From Scyliorhinus canicula (lineage: Eukaryota): 64,000 bases of DNA. The position numbers and the translations under genes were made by a program. The notes beneath the pieces were generated by a model that made no database searches, was not told the DNA's origin, and saw only the letters and a program-made list of their open reading frames with translations. Numbering within the stretch: the stretch's first letter is position 1; every line of letters begins with the position of its first letter. Location: assembly GCF_902713615.1 (NCBI RefSeq), contig NC_052158.1, positions 8,111,196 through 8,175,195 of the forward strand, in the 5' to 3' direction. Shown piece by piece: positions 24,568-36,473 of the stretch.

Positions 24568-24600
24568 AACTCCAACTTGACAAGGCTATTAAACAATTTG
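24568..24600 (+). CDS. Butyrophilin-like gene, cytoplasmic heptad micro-exon (33 nt): ELQLDKAIKQF
   Basis: Strong polypyrimidine acceptor TTTTTCTTTTACCAG|, donor G|GTAAGG, open in phase 1. Confidence 0.8.
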
Positions 24601-24833
24601 GTAAGGGTTTAACATTGAAATATTTGTAATTATTTAGTGCATAATTCACCATCTGAACACCACTTTTGTCTAATTTCTGATGCTTGTTATACATATCTAA
24701 CTACAAAAATCAACTTACAAATGAGTTTAATAATAGGTGAATAATTTCTAGCTAGTTCACGTATTAGTAAGTTAACACAGGCAATTAGATCTATGCAGCT
24801 TATTAACTTATTCTATTGCTGTACTAATGTCAC

Positions 24834-25050
24834 ACAGAGGGTGGTGAGCATCTGGAACGGGCTGCCAGAGGCAGTGGTAGAGGCGGGTATGATTTAAAAA
24901 GCAGTTAGACGGTTACATTGGCCGGGTGGGTATAGAGGGATATGGGCCAAATGCAGGCAAGTGGGAGTAGCTTAGTGATAGAAACTGGGCGGCATGGACC
25001 AGCTGGGCCGAAGGGCCTGTTTCCATGCTGTAAACATCTATGACTCTTAT
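24834..25050 (+). mobile_element. CR1 LINE 3' end
   Basis: GGGCCGAAGGGCCTGTTTCCATGCTGTA...CTATGACTCT terminus. Confidence 0.85.
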
Positions 25051-25319
25051 CTATCACAGTTCTATTTCCCACCCAACTAATCCCTTCTGGCCATTCTTAT
25101 TTACATTGACAATATCACAGGCACATACACCACATCCACTAGAAACTATGGGAGAATTCTCCAGATTTCCTGTGACGGAGGAGACTTCCCATGATGGATG
25201 ATATGATCTTCCAGTACTCCGGAGTCAATAGATTTACATTCCTTGTCTGTAACCAACACTGGGAAAGCTGCAGCGTGAGCCGACTTTAGCGATAAGGGCT
25301 GGAGAATTGTCCCCAATAT

Positions 25320-25520
25320 TCATAGAATTAACAGTGTGGAAGGAGTCTGTCCCGGCCCTACTTAAGCCCACACCTCCACTCTATCCCGATAACCCAGTAA
25401 CCCCACCCCATCTTTTTGGACATGAAGGGGCAATTTAGCATGGCTACCTGCACATCTTTGGACAGTGGGAGGAAACCGGAGCACTCGGAAGAAATCCACG
25501 CAGACACAGGGAGAATGTGC
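25320..25520 (-). mobile_element. tRNA-derived SINE fragment with CR1-type tail
   Basis: GGGCAATTTAGCATGGC core shared with other SINEs in the window. Confidence 0.75.
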
Positions 25521-25837
25521 ATTGATTTGCAAAAACTAATTTCATGAAACAGGAGCAAGAGAATTTCATTACATTGAGCCTGGTAAATGGATAGAGATAT
25601 CTCATTGTGCCACTCAAGTGACCAACTCAACAGATCTTTTGATGAACCTTTTATCAACAGAATACCTTTTGACCAACCTTCCATCTGAGAGCATTATTCA
25701 CAGTATTTTTGAGAATGAGATATAAAGTAAAGATGCCCAATTGACCCTTTCTAGCTGGTCCATGTATTAGAAAGTTAACACAGACAATTAGAACTGTGCA
25801 TCTTATTAACCTATTCAACTGCTGTACCAGTATCACT

Positions 25838-26447
25838 GTGTGGGATTCTCTAATCCCGCGGCAGACTGTCCACACCGTTGTAAATGCCGTTGTGTTTTAC
25901 GACGGCATGAATGGGCCGCTGCCATGACTAATTCTGGCCCCTACAGGGGGCAAACATGATGCTGGAGCGGTTCGCGCCGCTCCAGCTGCCGATCCCGGCA
26001 CGAACTGTGCGCCGCGGATCCGCGCATGTGCAGTGGCGCCGGCGTCAATGTGCACATGCGCAGTGGCCTCCTTCAACGCGCTGGCCCCGATACAACATGG
26101 CCAGGCCACATCGGAGGCCCCCCTGGGGTCGGACCCCCCCCCCCCTCCCCCCCTCCCCCCACAGGCCACCACCCGACCCTTCAACGTTGAGGTCCCGCTG
26201 GCTCAGAGCAAGTTAGAACGGCGCCGGCGGGACTCGGTTTTTTTCCTTACAGCCGCTCGGCCCATTCGGGCCGGAGAATCGTGGGGGAGGGGTGCTTAGA
26301 GAGGCCCACAACCGGCGCCGCACCAACCACACCGGCGCCAATAGCGCCGATTCTCCGCTCTGCGGAGAATTGCGTGCCGGCGTCAGGGCGCCTTGGCCCG
26401 GTTGCGGGGATTTTCCGGACCGGCCCAGGGCTGGGAGAATCCCGCCC
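25838..26447. mobile_element. Palindromic Harbinger-type MITE, 3-bp TSD ACT
   Basis: GTGTGGGATTCTC...GAGAATCCCGCCC termini; ACT at 25835-25837 and 26448-26450. Confidence 0.8.
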
Positions 26448-27649
26448 ACTGTTCTTTCCAACATCAAGTTGACAAACCTGTCTGACAGGCTAGTCAAAAA
26501 ATCAGCCTGCCCACAATATATTCAGAATTATATATGACACCCAACATCCTTGACTCTTCCATCACCATTTCTGGGTGAGGCTTATCTCACGGGCAGGATT
26601 GCAGTGTTTTTTAGGCCTTAGTTATCTACAGTCGAATGAGTCTCAGAGTTCTGAATATAAACTTTGGACTTCCAAGTAGTTTCATTACTTCAGGCTAAAT
26701 AAGGATAAGGAAACATCCCACACCCGCTAATATTGGAACAAATCAGCACCCACCCAGGTTACAACAGTAATCTGTGGAGAGAAGCACCAACCTATCAGAT
26801 ATCATTAGCAGACAAAATCATCTTAAAGTCCTTATGAAGATGAAGTCTCAATCATGTAGTGTGGCACTGCTGCCATGTGAAGTTGAACAAGCTGAGGAGA
26901 GATCCAACTGCTGAAAAGTGGGCATTCATGAGGTGTCCTCCCAAATGTACATCACTGTCACCATCTCTGGTGGGTCTGTGCTGACAATGGGACAGGACCA
27001 ATGCAGGAGAAGTGATGAAAGTGTCTGGAACATTGCTGGAAGATATGTTTCAGTGAGTGTGACTGTGTTAATCTGTTGCTAATTAGGCTGTGGGACAATT
27101 CCCTAATTTCATCATACGTTAATGAGGAGGAATTTGCTTGGCTGATTATCCAGGGTGTACCTCTCTTGTTTCCAGTCTCTATATCAATGCCAGGTGGTAC
27201 ATCCGGTTTTCCTATTTGACTTTTCTGTAGCCATTTAATACAACTGAATGGCTCGCTGGGCCATTACAGAGGGAATTTAAGATTCAATCACTTTTTTGGT
27301 AATGGCCATAGATTTCCTCCCCGAAAGGGCATTGGTGCACCAGAAAGGGCTTTCAACAATCCAGTCCTTATTACTGAGACCCGTTTTTATTGCTGCCTAT
27401 CTTGATTGTGATGGAGGAATGAGGATGTATCACATCATGAGGTTATAGATTGCGACAATCAATGGTTAAACTGTTGCTGATTGAAATAAGCTAACAATGA
27501 CTGGTAATTGAACATGGCACAAGCATGTTACTTCTATAAAAGAAGCAATGTCCCACTTTCATTGCTGTCAAAGTAGTGTTTTACTACTTTGTAAGTGCAA
27601 ACTTTTTTTTCAACAAGTAAAATGGAGTTTTATTTTAGTGGGAAGAATT

Positions 27650-28015
27650 TGCCCTGGGAATTTGTCCTGACAGAGGTTGAGAGGTGACCTGATAGAGGTC
27701 TACAAAATTATAAGTGGCATGGACAGAGTGGATCGTCAGATGCTCTTTCCAAGGTAGGCGAGTCATAGGTTTAAAGTGCGTAGGGAAAAGTTTCGAAGTG
27801 CAAGGCAAGGTTTTTACATCAAGGATGGTAAATATATGGAACTGGCTGCTTGTGGAGGTGGTGGGAGCCGGCATTTAAGGGGCATCCAGACAAATATATG
27901 AATAGGGTGGGAATGGAAGGATATGGACTCCCTAAGTGCAGACGGTTTTAGTTTAGGCAGGTACCATGGTCGGCGCAGGCTTTGGAGGGCCGAAGGGCCT
28001 GTTCCTGTTCTGTAT
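27650..28015 (+). mobile_element. CR1 LINE 3' end
   Basis: GGTGACCTGATAGAGGTCTACAAAATT (GDLIEVYKI) and GGGCCGAAGGGCCTGTT terminus. Confidence 0.85.
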
Positions 28016-28789
28016 TCTTTTCTCAATATTGATTCCAGATCCCATGAAGTCTCTTTGCATCAAGTCAAACTTGGGAAGGAATTACCTCCCTCCCTCAGTG
28101 ATAAATCACTGATAAATCAATACCCACCCATATTGAACATTACTTGGAAGAAGCACTCAGGCTCTGGAATGTTCTCTGGAATGTTCAACATCACAAGTGG
28201 CTCAGTAGGACCACTAACAGATTTACTGACTCAAAACTGTCAGGACAATTTTGAGTCCACCTTTTCTGTCCATGAGAAATGCGGTGTGGGTTCAAAATAC
28301 GGAGAGAATCGAAAAACACGGTTCTCTCCGGTGTGATTGGGATTTTCACCCCATCCCCCCATTGCCGTGGAGTAGTGTGGATCACATTGCGGAAGCCCGG
28401 GAACCTCATTTTAATGCATTAGCAAGAACTCACTCCAGACCTTTTCCCCGCCCACTGAGTATTCAAAGAAGATGTGGGGGACACAAATAAATTCAACTCG
28501 ACCGGGACATTGCATTTAGTCTCTTAATCTCGAAGGGAGGCGTTACCTTACATTAATTTCAAGGGGTTCTGGAGGCTAGCATGCAGGAAACTCTTCCTTT
28601 GTCCTCCTTCCTGGGCTTGAGCTCAAATCACTGCTGAGGGAGTACACGCCCTAAATTGGAGGGAGGAGGCGCAGTCTTCTCTGGCACTGAGCTCCGAAAT
28701 CTGTAAGTAAGATGTCCAAAGTCAGAATACCATTGGCTGGCACTGTCTCAAATGGGGCTGAGCCCTCTGTGGTGCTGCTTCCTGAACAG

Positions 28790-29110
28790 CTTTATGCCAA
28801 AGCATTTTACGAACAAAAGTGTTTCAGAAATGCAGTCACTGTCATAGTGTGAGAAATGCAGCAGCTAATTTGTGGACAGCAAGATTCCGTAAAATGCAAT
28901 AAAATTGATGAGGAATATGATATGATGTTGGTTGAGGGATAAATCTTGACAAGAGCACCGGAACAGCTGCCCTACTCTTCTTCAAAATCGTGCCATGGGA
29001 TATTTTGATCCTGTGAGGGCAGACTGGCTGGGTGAACATCTCAACTTGAAAGTTGGCACCTCCAACTGCACAGCACCCCCTCAGCACTGCAGTGGAAGGA
29101 TCAACCACAC
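28790..29110 (+). mobile_element. Old DeuSINE-like (SacSINE1-type) SINE remnant
   Basis: GTGCCATGGGAT and CAGCACCCCCTCAGCACTGCA resemble the Deu-domain SINE core as I recall it; not database-verified. Confidence 0.5.
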
Positions 29111-29249
29111 CTTCTGACACAGAATGATACAAGGTTAACATCCAGGTGCTAAAATTTCAATGTTCAAACCATTTGAAATATGCAGTGAGTCAATGTTTGT
29201 GACGATCGGATTAATAAAATGAATTTATATTTTATTTTCTATATTTCAG

Positions 29250-29276
29250 GTCAGTGGAAATCTGTGAGTGAATCAG
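29250..29276 (+). CDS. Butyrophilin-like gene, 27-nt micro-exon: GQWKSVSES
   Basis: Acceptor TTTTCTATATTTCAG|, donor CAG|GTAGG. Size and xWK motif match the 27-nt pre-B30.2 exon of BTNs (EWKKALFKP in human BTN3A). Confidence 0.65.
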
Positions 29277-29427
29277 GTAGGACATCTCCTTTCTTATAAA
29301 CAGCTGCCGTATATTCATGTACTGAGTATGTTGCAGCATTAGTTGTATTCACCAATGTATCTGCTGCAATAACAGCAAACATAATTTGATGAGAGATAGA
29401 GGGTCACAATTTGCTATAAGAGATATT

Positions 29428-29615
29428 GGTCTGGATTCTCCGGTTCCCCAGCATGTGTTTCTCGGCCGTGCCCCATTTCTGGCGGTGGGATTCTATCTTC
29501 CCGCTGCTTGTCACTGGAATTTCCCATTGAAACCATCCCACACCACTGGAAAACCCGCAGATCGGGGTGCACTGCCGGTGGGAAAGTAAATCTCAATGAC
29601 GGAGAATTCTGGCCC
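29428..29615. mobile_element. Short Harbinger-type MITE
   Basis: GGTCTGGATTCTCC...GGAGAATTCTGGCCC termini. Confidence 0.7.
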
Positions 29616-29865
29616 TTGTTAGAATTCCAAAGCTCAAATATTATTCACACACTGATTTGCTGAACATACGAACGAATGGTGGTAAAACGAAGGAAAGTAT
29701 CTGGGACCTGACTGAACTGTGGAGGAAACAGTCCTTAACCTCTGAGATTTAAGGGGTAGGACATTTACTCCACAAGTAACAAAACTAGCTGGTATCTAGA
29801 GGAATAATGAGATGTGATTTGCCCAGTAACAAGATTAGTAGGTGTCCAGATACATTGAGGTGCTG

Positions 29866-30160
29866 TTTAGCACAGGGCTAAATCGCTGGCTTTGAAAGCA
29901 GGCCAGCAGCATGGTTCAATTCCCGAACAGGCGTTGAAATGTGGCGACTAGGGGCTTTTCACAGTAACTTCATTTGAAGCCTACTTGTGACAATTAGCGA
30001 TTTTCATTTTCATTCCATTTTTCAGGTGGTAATGGGCGGACTAGAAACACTGCACTAAATGAAATGAAAATCGCTTATTGTCACGAGTAGGCTTCAAAGA
30101 AGTTACTGTGAAAAGCCCCTAGTCGCCACATTCTGTGCCTGTTTGGGGAGGCTGGTACAG
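29866..30160. mobile_element. Two SINEs of the (TTTCA)n family in tail-to-tail inverted arrangement
   Basis: GTGGCGACTAGGGGCTTTTCACAGTAACTT...CGATTTTCATTT (+) followed after ~35 nt by its reverse complement. Confidence 0.85.
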
Positions 30161-30164
30161 GAAT

Positions 30165-32140
30165 GCTCTGCCCCTTGACACCAGGATCACGAATTGCGAT
30201 TGGCGACGAGTCAAAATCGAAGTTCGCGCCGGGCGCCAAACCAACCGCTCTGCTCAGACCCCCCGCTAGCAGCGGGATGGGGATTTGTGTCCATGCTCCA
30301 GTTAGCAGGCCAGGCAGAGTATTCTCCAGCCCTGCGTGATTTTCCGGTCCTCTGGACCGGGAATTACGTGAGCGGGATTTACAAACAGTCTCAAAAAACG
30401 ATGAGTCTGACGTGGTGGACATCTCAGTGGGCCAAGGGGGTGACTCCTGAAAGGAGTTGCACCCAAAATCCATCTGAGTGCCACACTCCCTCCACAATGC
30501 ACAACGTGCCTACCCCTCCCCTACCAGAACCCCTCCCCACAGAGGTCCCCTAAAATGGGAGAACACGCCTCCACCAGAGATCTCTTTAATAGGGTGATCT
30601 CCCCTTCAGGGACCTCCTTAATAGGGAGATCTCCCCCCCCCCCCCCCTTCCAGGGACCCTCTACATAGGGAGACCACCCAGGGACCCCCTAACTAAAGGA
30701 ACCACCCGCCCCCAACATACCCCCTCCACAAAGGAGACTCCTGTCTGGATTTTAGAAGAATGACAGGGGATCTTTCTAGAAACATATAAAATCCTGATGG
30801 GACTAGACAAGCTAGATGTGGGAAGAATGTGCCCGATATTGGGGACATCCAGAACGAGAGGATCACAGCCTAAGGGTAAGGGGTAAGCCATTCAGGACTG
30901 AGATGAGGAAGAACTTCTTCTGTCAGAGAGTTGTGAACTTGTGGAATTCTCAACCACAGAAAGCTGTTGGGGCCAGTTTGTTGTATATATTCAAGAGAGA
31001 GCCGGACGTGGCAATTGCGACTAAAGGGATCAAGGGGTATGGAGAGAAAGTGGAAGTGGGATACTGAATTTGCATGATCAGATTGAGTGATGGTGCAGGC
31101 TTGAAGGGCCGAATGGCCTACTCTTGCACCTATTTTCCATGTTTCTGCCTTTTTAAAGAGCAGTTCAGACATGGGCAGTGAAAACAATTACCGTTGTGAT
31201 GCTTACCTGGAAGCACCACATGTCCATTCCTGAAAATAAAACAGGGGAGACCTGTTGGGGAGGGGTCTCCCTAGTTAGGGGGTCTCTGTGGGGGGGTTCC
31301 TTTAGAATCATAGAACTATAGAATTTACAGTGCAGAAGGAGGCCATTTGGCCCATCGAGCCTGCACCGGCCCTTGGAAAGAGCACCCTTCTTAAGCCTCC
31401 ACCTCCACCCTAGCCCAGTAACCCCACCTAACCTTTTGGACACTAAGGGAAATTTAGCATGGTCAATCTACCTAACACACACTTTTTTGGACAGTGGGAG
31501 GAAACCGGAGCACACGGAGGAAACCCACACAGACATGGGGAGAAAGTGCAAACTCCACACAGACAGTAACCTGAGGCCGGAATTGAACCTGGGACCCTGG
31601 AGCTGTGAGTCGGTAGTGCTAACCACTATGCCACAGTGTCACCAATAAGGACATCCCTGGATGATTGCCCTAGTTAGGGTGTCCCTGGGGTTCTCCCTAT
31701 TAGGCAGTCCCTGATAGAAGGATTCTTCCTATTAAGGGGGTTGCTGGGGGAGTGTATCCCATTTTTTGGGACATCTGTTGGGGAGGGGGTCTGATGGGAG
31801 GGGTGGGCAGGCTATGCATTGTGAAGGGGGGTGGCATTCTGATGTAATTTGGGAGCAACTCCTTTAAGGTGCCACACCCTTGACCCGTGTTTAAACCCCC
31901 CCTAATCCATTAGCTGCATGCCATCCATTCATTCTGCGGGGGGCTGTGAATGACAGGCTTCCACAAAACAACTTTGAGCCTTGTCTCATTTATTTTCTTC
32001 AAGGATGGCTCAGCCAATCACATTGTTGAAAACGCAATGTTTATAAAAATCCACCACATCAAAGGGAGTTCCAATCACGCCCCTTCACGCTTGAGTGACG
32101 TTGAAGTGCTGAGCTGGAAATTGAATTCACTTAACTCTCT
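30165..32140. mobile_element. Large non-autonomous DNA element with C-rich left and G-rich right arms; nested CR1 3' end (~30740-31150, +) and SINE (~31305-31630, -)
   Basis: CCCTAATAGGGAG-type repeats at 30560-30720 mirrored by TCCCTATTAGG-type repeats at 31240-31800. Confidence 0.5.
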
Positions 32141-32711
32141 TTGATGTGGTGGATGTTTGTAAACATGGTGGTTTAAGCACTTAGACTTATTTATCCATGA
32201 AGAAGATGACTTGTGCCTTGCAGATGGTGGACAGGCTTTTGGGAGTCAGGAGAGGAGGAGATCACAGAATTCCCTACTTTTGTAACTGCAATATTTACAT
32301 GGTTAAGTGGTCAATGGTTAACTCCCAGGCTGTTGATGTTGAGGGATGCAATGACAAAAATTCTGTTGAATGTCAAAGGGAGATGGTTATATTCTGTTTT
32401 GTTGGAGATGGTCATTGCCTGGCACTTGTGTGATGTGAACATTCCTGATGATATCACCCCACCTGGCCCCATCCCTGAGCAGGATTCAAACAACATCAAC
32501 TGCAATTGCTGTTAAATGGTTTTGAAAGAGAAAGACCCACTGTGACAATATCATGCTCCGTTGTCCACCCAGACTGTAGGTTTGCATTACCAGCATTTAG
32601 CAGCTTACGCCTTCCAAATTTCAGTCAACAATTAAAAATGCACGTGATTGCTTTTCTCTGGAATTATTTGTGTGGTGATTTTTCAAATTTTATCGTGTTT
32701 TCTATTTTCAG

Positions 32712-32738
32712 ATTGGAAGAACATTTCTATTTGTGCAG
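32712..32738 (+). CDS. Butyrophilin-like gene, second 27-nt micro-exon: DWKNISICA
   Basis: Acceptor TTTTCTATTTTCAG|, donor CAG|GTAAGA, phase 1-1, xWK motif. Confidence 0.72.
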
Positions 32739-34019
32739 GTAAGATCCAGAAGTTATTGAAATGAACATTCATGTCAAATTGATTGCAATTGATCATCTCC
32801 ATTGATCATCCCCTCTCCTAACTCTCCAGCTCACTTTGAATACTTCATTTTCATGCTGTTGGCTAAGAGTCTCAAACCCCAACATATTAAGAAATAGCAG
32901 GTACACTGCCCACGATTTTCATTCTATCAAATGGAATGGCTAGCAGATCTAGGACAGCAGACGTAGAATTTCTACTTTCCTTTCCTTTTGGGCACCAACC
33001 ATGCAGCAGTGTGAATTCAGAAAACCAGATCTCAAATCTGCAGAATTCATGCTTTGGTTTGGATAAAATCAAGGTCATTCACAGATCATCCTCTGCCTTT
33101 CCTTTTCCGTGACTCCTGCCCTCTTCCTGATTTAGTTTGCTCCAGAAATTTGCAGCAGCAGCTCCCCACAGTAGTGTCCAAGGCCCAGCAATTGTTCGTA
33201 CTTATTATTTGTTTTCCGAATGTGAGCAAATATTGCCCATCCCTAATTCCCCTTGAGAAGTTGGTGGTGATGAGTCTTCTTCAGCTATAAGACATTGATA
33301 TCATAAGACATAGGAACAGAAGTAAGCCATTACATCCATTGAGTTTGCTCCACCAATTGATGAGAGCATGACTAATCTGATCTAATAACCCTCAACTCCC
33401 ACTTTCCCGCCTTGTAAAACCATAAGACATCGGAGCAGAATTGGGCCATTCGGCCCATCGAGTCTGCTCCACCATTCAATCATAGCTGATATGTTTCTCA
33501 TCCCCATTTACCTGCCTCCTCCCCATAATCCAGATCCCCCTATTAAGAGAAGAAATTCCTCCTCATTTCAGTCTTAAATGGGTGACCCCCTTATGCTGAG
33601 ATTATGCCCTCTGGCCCTGGACACTCCCTTAAGGGGGGAAAACCTCTCAGCATCTACCCTGTCAAGCCCCCGAATATCCTATATATCTCAATAAGGTGCA
33701 GCAGTCAATGCGATATAGATACACTGACAAAGCTAGTAGGGATTCAGTTCCAAAACTTTAATCCAGCAATAGTAAAGGAACAATGGTAAAGTTACAATTC
33801 ATTCTGAATTATACTTGGAAGGGAACTGGCAGATGGTGGTATTCTGCTGCCCTTGTCACAAATTTGGAAGGAAATGAAATTGAATGGGTGCTTGAGGAAA
33901 ATTAACTTGCAGGGCTCAGGGGATAGAACAGAGGAATGGGACTGACTGCAGTGGACTAGAGCGAGCCGGCATGGAATTGATGAGCCAAATGTCCTCCCTC
34001 TGGGTCCTCGATAAGGTGC

Positions 34020-34408
34020 TATTTAAGGAAAGTTGACAGGTTGTTGAATCTTTTTCATGGTACAGAGGCACAGCTTCCTGCAATTGCCTTCAGACCCCGC
34101 CTCTCCAGGCAGATGGTCACCATACTGTTCGCCATGATAGAGGAGGATGGGAAATAATGGGCACCACATGTTGCTGGCATTGAAAATCACCATGGCACTG
34201 AATTTCTATCCTGAGGATCATTCCAGGGATCTTCTACAATATTTGTGGGATCTCTCGGTCTGCGGCTCATCACTGCATCAAGATGGTCACTGATTCCATC
34301 TTCAGGAGGGCCTGACAGTACATATGGTTTTGCGCTAATGCAGGCTGTCTGGTGATGAGGGTTCCAGGATTTGTGGCCATCACTGTTATCCCTCAGGTGC
34401 AGGGGGGT

Positions 34409-34442
<34 letters not shown>

Positions 34443-35570
34443 CAATCGATTGTACGCATGTAACCAAAAATGTTCCCACAGACCAAGTAATGATCTTCAT
34501 CAACAGAAAGGGCTTTCACTCACTCGCTGTACACCTGTGCCGGGATTCTCCCCTACCCAGCGGGGCGGGGGGTCCCGGCGTGATGGAGTGGCGTGAACCA
34601 CTCCGGCATCGGGCCGCCCCAAAGGTGTGGGAGTCTCCGCACCTTTAGGGGCCAAGCCCTCACCTTGAGGGGCTAGGCCCGCGCCGGAGTGGTTCCCGTC
34701 CCGCTGGTTGGCGTGGAAGGCCTTTGGCGTCATGCCAGCCGGGGCCGAAAGGACTTCGCCGGCCGGCGGAAGTCTGCGCATGCGGCGGAGCGTCAGCGGC
34801 TGCTGACATCATCCCTGCGCATGCACAGAGGAGGGGGGTCACTTCTGTCTCCACCATGGTGAAGACCAGGGCGAAGGTGGAAGGAAAAGAGTGCCCTGAT
34901 GGCACAGGCCCAGCCACCGATCAGTGGGCCCCGATCGCGGGTCAGGCCACCGTGGGGGCACCCCTCCAGAGCCAGATTGCCCCGCGCTCCCCCCAGGACC
35001 CCGGAGCCTGCCCACGCCGCCTGCTCCCGCTGGTAAGGTAAGTGGTTTGATCCACGCCGGCGGGAGAGGGTTGACAGCGGCGGGACTTCGGTCCATTGCG
35101 GGCCTGTGAATCGCCAGGGGGGGTCCGCCGACTGGCGCGATTCCCGCCCCCGCCGTATCTCTGGTGGTGAAGAATTCGGGACACAGCGGGGGCGGGATTG
35201 ACACCGGCCCCCGGCGATTCTCCGACCCGGCGGGGAGTCGAAGAATCCCACCCCTGGTCTGTAACAAAACAAACAGATCCTGCCGGATTACAGAAAGTAT
35301 CTGGGAAGTTGTCACAACACTTACATTCTAAGGCTGTCCCCAGTGCCCAAACCATTCTGACCACACGTCCACGTTCAAGGGTGAATATTGGGAAACAAGG
35401 GCTATCCAGTGAAGACAGGGTTCCTTACATCTGTGCAAATATAGAGAAACACATGAGGGAAAATCTGATCAACTCGAGCAGGGCACAGGGTTTCTAAAGA
35501 TGCTGTTCGGGTGTCTTGTTAGATCTGATGAGGACCTTCATTATTCGCCACCAAGGGCCTCATGTTATCG
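34020..35570 (+). pseudogene. Harbinger (HARBI1-like DDE) transposase pseudogene, split by a MITE
   Basis: PQVQG-AIDCTHV, FINRKGFHSL, VH|LVC, KYLGSCHNTYIL, GNKGYP and LKMLFGCL motifs in order. Confidence 0.85.
34538..35253. mobile_element. Palindromic Harbinger-type MITE, 3-bp TSD CTG
   Basis: TGCCGGGATTCTCC...AGAATCCCACCC termini; CTG at 34535-34537 and 35254-35256; same family as 17654-18351. Confidence 0.88.
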
Positions 35571-35920
35571 TAGAATCCCCACAGTGCAGAAGGCCATTAG
35601 GCCCATTGAGTCTGCACCGACCCTCTGAAAGAGAACTCCACCCAGGTCCAACCCCCCCCCCCCCCCCCCCCCACCATCCACTCTGCCCATCCTCGTAACC
35701 CCATAACCTGACCTGTATATCCCTGCACATTGAGAGGCAATTTAGAATGGCCAATCCACCTAACCCGCACGTCTTTGGATTCAGGACTGTGGGGGAAAAC
35801 CAGAGCACCCGGAGTAAACCCACGCAGACACGGGGAGAACATGCAAATTCCATACAGTTACTCATGGTTAGAATTGAACCCGGGTTCCTGGCGCTGTGAG
35901 GCAGCAATGCTAACTGCTAT
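35570..35920 (-). mobile_element. tRNA-derived SINE with CR1-type 3' tail
   Basis: A/B boxes near 35860-35915; GGGCCTAATGGCCTTCTGCACTGT tail. Confidence 0.85.
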
Positions 35921-36179
35921 GCCACCATGTCGCATTGTGGCATGCCACCAAGGTGGTATGCTGTTTTCTGCACTACCTGAGGGGAGAAGCCGATGAAGCC
36001 ATTCTGGATTCACTACCTTTCTGAGGATTAGGATTTGGAAAGGGTTGCTGACTTATCAGAACATAGTGAAGACGCTGAGGAACAGCAGATCAGGTGTAAT
36101 GAGAGACATACAAGGGGACTCGTACACATACATATGAACCATCCTTACACACAAGCGCAAGCAAATAAATCTTCTCCCT

Positions 36180-36473
36180 TGATGTGACCATCAATTCACT
36201 AGACACACGATTGGAAGTAAACTGTGGTTTTAATAGTCTTACAACTAAGCCAGCCTGCGACCAGAGGAACTGAGAGCAGTGCTTACGGCTGCAGCACTTT
36301 ATACTTCCGGTTAGTGGGAGGAGCCATGGGCGGAGCCAAGGGTGGAGCCCAATACAAACTCCTCATCTCCCCCTATGGGCAGAGCCGCACAATGGCTCAC
36401 AGACAGAACCCACAAGGACACAATACAACGCAAGGCAATACAGTGTGAATTACGATGCATATAATTCACCACA
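36180..36473 (-). mobile_element. Solo LTR (294 bp), 5-bp TSD TCCCT
   Basis: TCCCT at 36175-36179 and 36474-36478; TGATG...TTCACCACA ends as in 21093-21416. Confidence 0.9.
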
